From Candidatus Spyradenecus sp. (lineage in GTDB: Bacteria; Verrucomicrobiota; Kiritimatiellia; RFP12; DVOR01), in NCBI GenBank assembly GCA_045613865.1, contig JAZLBT010000017.1, positions 19,152-83,151 of the forward strand: DNA of 64,000 nt, in the 5' to 3' direction. Below, piece after piece: positions 57,696 to 64,000 of the stretch. How positions within the stretch are numbered: the first letter of the stretch is position 1; each line of letters begins with the position of its first letter. The notes beneath the pieces were generated by a model. It was not told the DNA's origin. It ran no database searches and saw nothing but the letters and a program-made list of their open reading frames with translations. A program made the translations under genes and the position numbers.

Positions 57696-58523
57696 ATGGC
57701 AAATTGTAGTGTTGTTAAAGTAACCGATTCAGTTGCATTTGGTGATGGTCGCTTGACGGTAATGGCGGGTCCTTGTGTAATTGAGAGTCATAATGCATGC
57801 ATGGAATTGGCAGAGGCTTTGGTGGGGTTGACCTCGAAGCTTGGCATTCCTTACATTTTCAAGGCATCCTTCGATAAGGCAAACCGTACGAGCGTCTCGG
57901 CGTATCGTGGTCCTGGCTTGGAAAAGGGTCTTGAAACGTTGGCGGAGATTAAGTCGCGTTTCAATGTGCCTGTGATTACGGATATTCATGAGCCTTGGCA
58001 GTGCAAGCCGGTTGCAGAGGTTTGCGATGTGTTGCAGATTCCTGCATTCTTGTGCCGTCAAACGGATTTGGTGGTTGCCGCTGCAGAAACGGGCCGTGTG
58101 ATTAATATCAAGAAGGGGCAGTTCCTCGCTCCGGAAGATATGACGAACGTTGTGCGTAAGTGTGAGTCTGCTGGCAATAACAAGATTGTCTTGGTTGAAC
58201 GTGGTGCAAGTTTTGGTTATCATAACCTTGTTGCAGATATGCGTTCGTTACTCGTGATGCGTGAATTGGGTTATCCTGTTGTCTTTGATGCTACGCACAG
58301 TGTGCAGCGTCCTGGTGGCTTGGGTACCGGTTCGGGTGGCGATGGCCGCTGGGCACCTTCGTTGGCGCGTGCCGCGGTTGCAACGGGTGTTGATGGTCTC
58401 TTCATCGAAACGCACTTTAATCCTCCAGAAGCACTTTCTGATGCGGCAAATGCAATTGCCTTCAGTGCATTGGAAGATTTGTTCACGCGTTTGTTGAAGA
58501 TTCACGCAATCGTCCAGGAGTAA
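57696..58523 (+). CDS. kdsA: 3-deoxy-8-phosphooctulonate (KDO-8-P) synthase
   Basis: GGAGGA ribosome-binding site 9 nt upstream of the ATG. LTVMAGPCVIES and FKASFDKANRTS motifs. Confidence 0.92.
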   Translation: MANCSVVKVTDSVAFGDGRLTVMAGPCVIESHNACMELAEALVGLTSKLGIPYIFKASFDKANRTSVSAYRGPGLEKGLETLAEIKSRFNVPVITDIHEPWQCKPVAEVCDVLQIPAFLCRQTDLVVAAAETGRVINIKKGQFLAPEDMTNVVRKCESAGNNKIVLVERGASFGYHNLVADMRSLLVMRELGYPVVFDATHSVQRPGGLGTGSGGDGRWAPSLARAAVATGVDGLFIETHFNPPEALSDAANAIAFSALEDLFTRLLKIHAIVQE

Positions 58524-58530
58524 GACGTTG

Positions 58531-59112
58531 ATGCGTTTTCTTTTGTCGGTATTGAGTTGTTTAACCCTTGCGGGAGGCTTGATGGCCAAGGTCTATGAAG
58601 ACCCTCGGGCTGTTGAGCTTCTTGCATCGTCTGAAGCGCAGACGAGTGAGCAAGCGATTAAACGGTATAAGATGCCTGGAGAAGCAAAGCAATTTGCGCC
58701 TCTTTTACGCACGTTTGCGAAGCCTGTTGAAACGCTTGGCTCGCCGTCGTTAGATCTTCATACGCCTGTACAAATCTATCCAAATGGAACGATTAAGGTT
58801 GAGCTTGAGGCTAAAGAGTCGTGGATGACGGATGATATGCTTTATCTTCGTGGACGTCAAGTGACGATTACTTCGTACAAGACGGATGGCTCGCTTGAAG
58901 CGGTGGTTAAGGCCGATGAAATTGCGGTTGACCGCAGGTCGATGCGCGCAGTGATTCGCGGAAATTTAAGCTTTACCCTTGGAAATGAAAAGTTGACGGG
59001 GAATGGTGCAATTGTTGATTTGAATGCTCAGTATATTCGTATTTTGAGTAAGGCAAAGATTCGTTCCTCACGAATGCAGGATTCAGGTTTCTCGTTGAAA
59101 GATGTTTTATAA
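58531..59112 (+). CDS. lptC: LptC-like protein (LPS export, inner-membrane anchored)
   Basis: About 193 aa. N-terminal transmembrane anchor and OstA-like beta-jellyroll region. Sits between kdsA and lptA, as in the canonical operon. Confidence 0.55.
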   Translation: MRFLLSVLSCLTLAGGLMAKVYEDPRAVELLASSEAQTSEQAIKRYKMPGEAKQFAPLLRTFAKPVETLGSPSLDLHTPVQIYPNGTIKVELEAKESWMTDDMLYLRGRQVTITSYKTDGSLEAVVKADEIAVDRRSMRAVIRGNLSFTLGNEKLTGNGAIVDLNAQYIRILSKAKIRSSRMQDSGFSLKDVL

Positions 59113-59121
59113 GAAAGGCCG

Positions 59122-59733
59122 ATGATGAAAGTTTTATTTACATGTTTGATGGTGCTCTCGCTTGTGGCAAATCTCTCTGCTGCAGAAGATGATGGCATGG
59201 CAGCTGCTCGTGAAGCGTTGATGAATCCGAATGCAAAGCCCGCAACGGTGGTCGAAACGCCAATGCGTGATACGGAAATCACAGCAAAGCATATGGAGTA
59301 TAACTCCAAAGAAGGCGTGGCAATTTTAACGGAAGACGTGGTCATTGATGATGTTCGTTTCCATTTGACATGCGATAAGCTTTTCCTTTTTATGAATAAG
59401 GATAAGGCTGAAGAGGCGCCCAAAGAAGAAGCCGCCAAGAAGGAAGATGATATGCAGCAGTCGTTTTCCCGCATTGTGTGTTTGGGCAATGTAAATGTGA
59501 AGAGCGAAAATCGCACCGCAACATGCGAAAAGGCTGTATATACAAAGGCCGATGCTTGCTTGATTCTCGTTGGCAAGGTTGTGATGACCGACGTTGATGC
59601 AGAGGGCAAGAAGAATCACATCATGGGTGATAAGGTGACGATTTGGACTGAAGATGGTCGCGTGGAAATTTATCCGAAACCGAAATTACAGTTGTCGCCT
59701 GGCGCATCGAAAGAAATTAAGGGACTCATGTAA
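59122..59733 (+). CDS. lptA: LptA-like periplasmic LPS transport protein (OstA_N domain)
   Basis: 203 aa with signal peptide. Located immediately upstream of lptB with a TAATG overlap. Confidence 0.6.
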   Translation: MMKVLFTCLMVLSLVANLSAAEDDGMAAAREALMNPNAKPATVVETPMRDTEITAKHMEYNSKEGVAILTEDVVIDDVRFHLTCDKLFLFMNKDKAEEAPKEEAAKKEDDMQQSFSRIVCLGNVNVKSENRTATCEKAVYTKADACLILVGKVVMTDVDAEGKKNHIMGDKVTIWTEDGRVEIYPKPKLQLSPGASKEIKGLM

Positions 59734-60482
59734 TGGACGACGAGACAACACAACCGATCGTAACGGGCGTCCAAGCCACAGGTTTGAAGAAAATCTATGG
59801 CGATCGTACGGTCGTGAATAATATCTCTATCAAAGCAAACTGCGGTGAATGTGTCGGTCTTTTAGGACCGAATGGCGCCGGTAAAACCACAACGTTCTAT
59901 ATGGTTGTTGGTTTGGTTCGTCCAGATGGTGGACAGGTGTGCTTTAATGGCCAAGATGTGACGCACATGCCAGTTTACAAGCGTGCACGTATTGGCTTGG
60001 GCTATCTCGCACAAGAAGCGAGCATCTTCCGCCGTTTGAGTGTGCAGGATAATATTCTTGCGATTTTGGAAACCATGCATCCGACACGTGCGGAAAAGGC
60101 TGCACGCTTGGAAGAGTTGCTCACCTCGTTGGGCCTTGCAAAGGTGGCAAAGCAACCTGCTTATACGCTCTCGGGTGGTGAACGCCGCAAGCTTGAAATT
60201 GCACGCGCATTGGTGCGTCGTCCGTCGATTTTGATGCTTGACGAACCCTTTGCAGGTGTTGACCCTCTCGCCGTAGATGATATCCAAAACATTGTTCGCG
60301 GTTTGAAGGCGCAGGGGCTTGGGGTGATTATCACCGACCACAACGTGCGTGAAACGTTGGATATCGTGGACCGCGCATATATCGTTTTTGAAGGTTCCGT
60401 ACTTTGCGAAGGAACCAGCATGGAGTTGATTAACAACCCCGATGCACGTCGATCTTATCTTGGTGAAAACTTCCGAATGTAG
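59733..60482 (+). CDS. lptB: LPS export ABC transporter ATP-binding protein
   Basis: 249 aa. Walker A GPNGAGKTT, signature LSGGERRKLEIA, Walker B ILMLDEPFAGVD. Confidence 0.9.
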   Translation: MDDETTQPIVTGVQATGLKKIYGDRTVVNNISIKANCGECVGLLGPNGAGKTTTFYMVVGLVRPDGGQVCFNGQDVTHMPVYKRARIGLGYLAQEASIFRRLSVQDNILAILETMHPTRAEKAARLEELLTSLGLAKVAKQPAYTLSGGERRKLEIARALVRRPSILMLDEPFAGVDPLAVDDIQNIVRGLKAQGLGVIITDHNVRETLDIVDRAYIVFEGSVLCEGTSMELINNPDARRSYLGENFRM

Positions 60483-60535
60483 GAAAGTCGTAGCCAACAA
60501 CATACAACCAACCACACACGAAAGGTAGGTACAAC

Positions 60536-60865
60536 ATGACAGTAGAAGTGAATGCACGTCATAAAAACATTTCTGAAGGTTTCCGTGAATATGCTAAGCA
60601 ACGCGGAGAAAAGCTCGGTGAAGCATTTCCGATGGTTGAATCCGTCCGCATTGTGATGGATTTCCAGAACAAGCTCTGCGCAGCTGAAGTGATTGCTCAG
60701 CGTAAGGATGAAACATTCGTTGGCAATGCTCACACGGATACCTCTATGCGTGCAGCTGTTGATATGGCTGCAGCAAAGGTTGAAACTCAGATTCGCAAAA
60801 AGCGCGCAAAGGCTTATGTTGAAACGGCCCGTAAGGCCGCTCAAGCTGCCGAAGCTGCAAAGTAA
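60536..60865 (+). CDS. hpf: Ribosome hibernation promoting factor (HPF/RaiA, short form)
   Basis: 109 aa. MTVEVNARHKNISEGFREYAKQ... sigma54-modulation-protein fold. Confidence 0.9.
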   Translation: MTVEVNARHKNISEGFREYAKQRGEKLGEAFPMVESVRIVMDFQNKLCAAEVIAQRKDETFVGNAHTDTSMRAAVDMAAAKVETQIRKKRAKAYVETARKAAQAAEAAK

Positions 60866-60925
60866 AACCTTGTCGCTACGCCTCCTGTTGTGGGGGCGTA
60901 GCATCTGCCCCCGAGGCACGATCGT

Positions 60926-61915
60926 ATGAAGCAACTTAAGCCCTTAACCCTCAGTCAAATTCGCGTTTCGCCGTTAACGGTGGAGCGTTTCTTTGAAGCG
61001 GCACATGAAGTGCTCGCGCTTGAGGTGCTTGCAGGACGCACAGGAATGTTACGTACGATTGAGGAACCCGTTCTCCACCGTCCAGGACTTGCATTGACAG
61101 GATTTTTTGAGCATTTTGCTTGGCGTCGTTTGCAGGTGTTAGGACATGCTGAGATGTCTTATTTGCGTACATTAGGCGCAGAAGAACGTCTCTCGCGTTG
61201 GCTTGCAATGCTACAGTGGAATATTCCTGGAATAATTCTTTGTGGTAGTGAGTCGAGTGCGATTGGAGGAGATCTTCTTGCTCAAGCGGATCGTCTTGGA
61301 GTGCCAGTCTTATTAACGGCACGTGAGACGCGTTCAGTCTTTTCGCAAGGGCCTTTGATTTTACATGAGTTGTCAGCACCTCGAGCGAGTGTTCATGGTA
61401 CGCTCGTGGATGTCGGTGGCATCGGTGTATTGTTGGAAGGGCCTCCTGGAATCGGCAAGAGTGAAACGGCGTTGGGTTTATTGCGTCGCGGAAATGCATT
61501 GATTGCTGACGATATTACATTGCTCGCAATCAATTCACATGGTAGTTTAACTGGTACCGCACCTGTTCATATGCGTGGATTTATGGAAATTCGTGGCTTG
61601 GGCTTGTTGCATGTACCAACACTTTATGGTATTGCCGCGGTGAAACCAGAAAGTCGACTTGACTTGATTGTTTCATTACGGCGTTGTACAAATGAGGATG
61701 ACATTGACCGCGTAGGCTCAGATGTTCGAACCTCAGAGATTCTTGGCGTTCACGTCCAACATCTCATTATTCCCGTTGCTGCAGGTCGTGACTTCGTAAA
61801 TGTTGTTGAAACGGCGGCGGCAACCTTTAAGATGCGTAATTCGGGTGTTGATGCAGCAGCGGTGCTCGATGCTCAGTTACTTGCGCATTACCAATCTGTG
61901 GAGAAAAAATTATGA
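60926..61915 (+). CDS. hprK: HPr kinase/phosphorylase
   Basis: 329 aa. P-loop GPPGIGKSETAL and ADD, MEIRGLG motifs. Confidence 0.92.
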   Translation: MKQLKPLTLSQIRVSPLTVERFFEAAHEVLALEVLAGRTGMLRTIEEPVLHRPGLALTGFFEHFAWRRLQVLGHAEMSYLRTLGAEERLSRWLAMLQWNIPGIILCGSESSAIGGDLLAQADRLGVPVLLTARETRSVFSQGPLILHELSAPRASVHGTLVDVGGIGVLLEGPPGIGKSETALGLLRRGNALIADDITLLAINSHGSLTGTAPVHMRGFMEIRGLGLLHVPTLYGIAAVKPESRLDLIVSLRRCTNEDDIDRVGSDVRTSEILGVHVQHLIIPVAAGRDFVNVVETAAATFKMRNSGVDAAAVLDAQLLAHYQSVEKKL

Positions 61916-62190
61916 GCGAAGCTTCTGTTACCGTAACATTGACAAATAAGTACGGCATGCACGTCCGTCCCGCAGGTCTCTTTGCAAAGACCGCTTCTCG
62001 TTATCGTGCAGATGTGACAGTGGAAAAAGACGGCGTTGTTGTTCCCGGCAAGAGCATTATGGCATTGATGACGCTTGAAGCTGTTCATGGTACTACGCTC
62101 ACCATTCACGCAACGGGTGAAGAAGCCCAGATGGCGGTGGATGAGCTCAAGGCTCTCGTTGATCGCAAGTTTGATTTGCCTGACGAATAA
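61912..62190 (+). CDS. ptsH: Phosphocarrier protein HPr
   Basis: 92 aa. GMHVRPAG (His15 region). Ser46-region KSIMALMTL. ATGA overlap with hprK. Confidence 0.9.
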   Translation: MSEASVTVTLTNKYGMHVRPAGLFAKTASRYRADVTVEKDGVVVPGKSIMALMTLEAVHGTTLTIHATGEEAQMAVDELKALVDRKFDLPDE

Positions 62191-62206
62191 GACGTAATTG
62201 GTGCCC

Positions 62207-63988
62207 ATGAGCGAAACGAACACCACACGAACAGCAACATCTTACCGAGGACTTGCTGCCTCGGGTGGTGTTGTTTTTGCCCCGGTGGTGCGTTTTGAAG
62301 CGCAGAAGGATCGAGAAGCGCCTCATTATGAAGTGCCTGAGGCTTCGATCAATGCTGAAATCTCACGTTTTTATGCAGCAATTGATCTCTCTCGTCGTCA
62401 ACTCGTAGAGCTTGCAAAACTTACAGAAACCCATGCCTCGTCGAATGAAGCGGGGATTTTCGATTCTCACATGATGATGATCGAAGATACCTTCTTTATT
62501 GATACAGTTGTGAAGGCGATTCGTACGCGTCGAGAAAATGCGGAGTGGGGGGTTGCACAGGCTTTCGGTCAAATGGCAGAGACCATGCGTTACATGGGCG
62601 ATGACTATTTACGCGAACGTATTGCTGATATCGATGATGTGCGGAATCGTATTGTGGGCAACCTCCTCGGGGGTGAAGCTCAACGCACAATTCCTGCTAT
62701 TCAACGCCCCTCGGTTGTTGTGGCAGATAATATTTCACCCTCGGATGCAGTTGCATTGCCTCGACGTTTTATTCGTGGTTTAGTGACTGAGCAAGGGTCG
62801 TTAACAGCACATGTTACGATTCTTGCACGTGCACTTGGCGTACCAGCGATTGTTGGGGTAGGGCAGTCTTTAGACGCGATTCTTGCGGGGGATGAAGTTG
62901 CGCTTGATGGTTTCAATGGTGAATTTTGGCACTTGCCAACGGATGAAATCAAAGCGGAGATTCTTGCACGCACAGCGCCCCAGCGGAGTGCACAAGAGCA
63001 TCGCCTTTCTCTTGCAGATCGTCCCGCAATTACACCTGATGGTGTGCATGTTACATTGCTTGCAAATGCAGACCACTCGGTGGGCTTTGAGGGCATTGGC
63101 GAACATGGCGCAGAGGGTATTGGTCTCTATCGTACAGAATATCTTTGGATTGGGATGGGGCATGAGCCAACGGAAGAAGAACAGTTCCGTGCTTATGCAG
63201 AGGTGATTTCTGCTTGTCGAGGTAAACCTGTCACCTTGCGCGTGTTGGATATTGGTGGCGATAAGATGGTGGGGCGTAGCCACGCACGTGAAGCAAATCC
63301 TTTCTTAGGGAATCGTTCTGTTCGTTACCTTTTAAACAATCGTTCCACCTTTAGGGCGCAAGTTCGTGCGATCCTCCGTGCCGCGGTGATGGGGCGATGC
63401 GAATTGATGTATCCAATGGTGACCACACTTGAAGAGCTCCGTGAATGTAAAGCTTTTGTTCAAGCGTGTAAGCATGAGCTTGCAATGGAGGGGATCCCTT
63501 ACGCGGAAGATGTTCCAGAAGGGGTGATGATTGAGGTTCCCTCAGCGGCATTATTAGCAGAGGAATTCGCTAAGGAGTGCGATTTCTTCTCTGTGGGGAC
63601 CAACGATCTCGTGCAGTATACCTTTGCCGTTGATCGCGGAAATGAATCTGTCGCACATCTTTATCAACCATTGCATCCCGTCATTTTGCGTATGTTGTAT
63701 TTGGTGGTGAAGGCTGCGCGTAAACATGATATTCCTGTTTGTGTTTGCGGCGAAATGGCTTCTGATCCAATGGCTGCTGTGATTTTGATTGGTATGGGAA
63801 TTCGCCGATTGAGTATGTCTGCAAATTTAATTCCGCGTATTAAGGAATTGGTTTGCCGTGTTGCTTATTTTGACATGCAACGTCTCATTGATTCTTTGGT
63901 GCGTAACAAGATTTCTACGGCAATTGATGTTGCTGAAAATTGTCGTAAAATGATTGCGACCTATGCGCATGATGTGTTAAGTTCGTGA
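62207..63988 (+). CDS. ptsI: Phosphoenolpyruvate-protein phosphotransferase (PTS Enzyme I)
   Basis: About 593 aa. Phosphohistidine region LTAHVTILARALGVP and PEP-utilising domain GLYRTEYL, VGTNDLVQY. Confidence 0.9.
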   Translation: MSETNTTRTATSYRGLAASGGVVFAPVVRFEAQKDREAPHYEVPEASINAEISRFYAAIDLSRRQLVELAKLTETHASSNEAGIFDSHMMMIEDTFFIDTVVKAIRTRRENAEWGVAQAFGQMAETMRYMGDDYLRERIADIDDVRNRIVGNLLGGEAQRTIPAIQRPSVVVADNISPSDAVALPRRFIRGLVTEQGSLTAHVTILARALGVPAIVGVGQSLDAILAGDEVALDGFNGEFWHLPTDEIKAEILARTAPQRSAQEHRLSLADRPAITPDGVHVTLLANADHSVGFEGIGEHGAEGIGLYRTEYLWIGMGHEPTEEEQFRAYAEVISACRGKPVTLRVLDIGGDKMVGRSHAREANPFLGNRSVRYLLNNRSTFRAQVRAILRAAVMGRCELMYPMVTTLEELRECKAFVQACKHELAMEGIPYAEDVPEGVMIEVPSAALLAEEFAKECDFFSVGTNDLVQYTFAVDRGNESVAHLYQPLHPVILRMLYLVVKAARKHDIPVCVCGEMASDPMAAVILIGMGIRRLSMSANLIPRIKELVCRVAYFDMQRLIDSLVRNKISTAIDVAENCRKMIATYAHDVLSS

Positions 63989-64000
63989 TTGGAGTTGATA

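Overview
This 64 kb window looks like chromosomal DNA from a diderm (Gram-negative-type) bacterium with moderate GC content. Genes are densely packed: about 55 protein-coding genes and two tRNAs, tRNA-Ala(GGC) and tRNA-Ser(GGA). Three AT-rich non-coding islands interrupt the coding sequence. I found no rRNA, no CRISPR array and no convincing mobile element or prophage; the single tyrosine recombinase looks like housekeeping XerD.

Housekeeping content includes ribosomal genes (the 3' end of rpsL, rpsG, and an rpsP-trmD-rplS operon), mutS, a UvrD/Rep-type helicase, clpB, tex, prmA, a dus gene, trmJ, rsmB, hemB, thrB, ribD, gdhA, ade, nnr, rarA and crcB. A kdsA-lptC-lptA-lptB-hpf-hprK-ptsH-ptsI block runs to the window end.

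The accessory-looking content, in order of interest:
1. A co-directional minus-strand cassette of glycosyltransferase, FkbH-like HAD-IIIC protein, ACP, FabH-like KAS III and a second ACP. It reproduces the glyceryl-ACP plus FabH-like condensation module of 3-acyl-tetronate (RK-682/agglomerin-type) pathways.
2. A 1364-aa secreted protein carrying two degenerate FGE-sulfatase (SUMF1-like) domains interleaved with about ten Listeria/Bacteroides-type B repeats.
3. A likely five-gene operon encoding a secreted hypothetical protein, an HGSNAT-like membrane acyltransferase, a Sel1-repeat protein, an ADP-ribosylglycohydrolase and a Cys-type sulfatase.
4. Three sets of tandem arrays with a 22-bp period in the non-coding islands. 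Two share a TCAAATCAATAGGGTTTGA motif, in opposite orientation at 19.4 kb and 56.7 kb. The third, at 36.1 kb, is a 6x tandem array with the same TCA-N11-TTTGA frame but different internal sequence.

Coordinates of coding features follow the supplied ORF track, with start codons refined by offsets within those ORFs. Coordinates of non-coding features were counted by eye and may be off by 1-2 nt.
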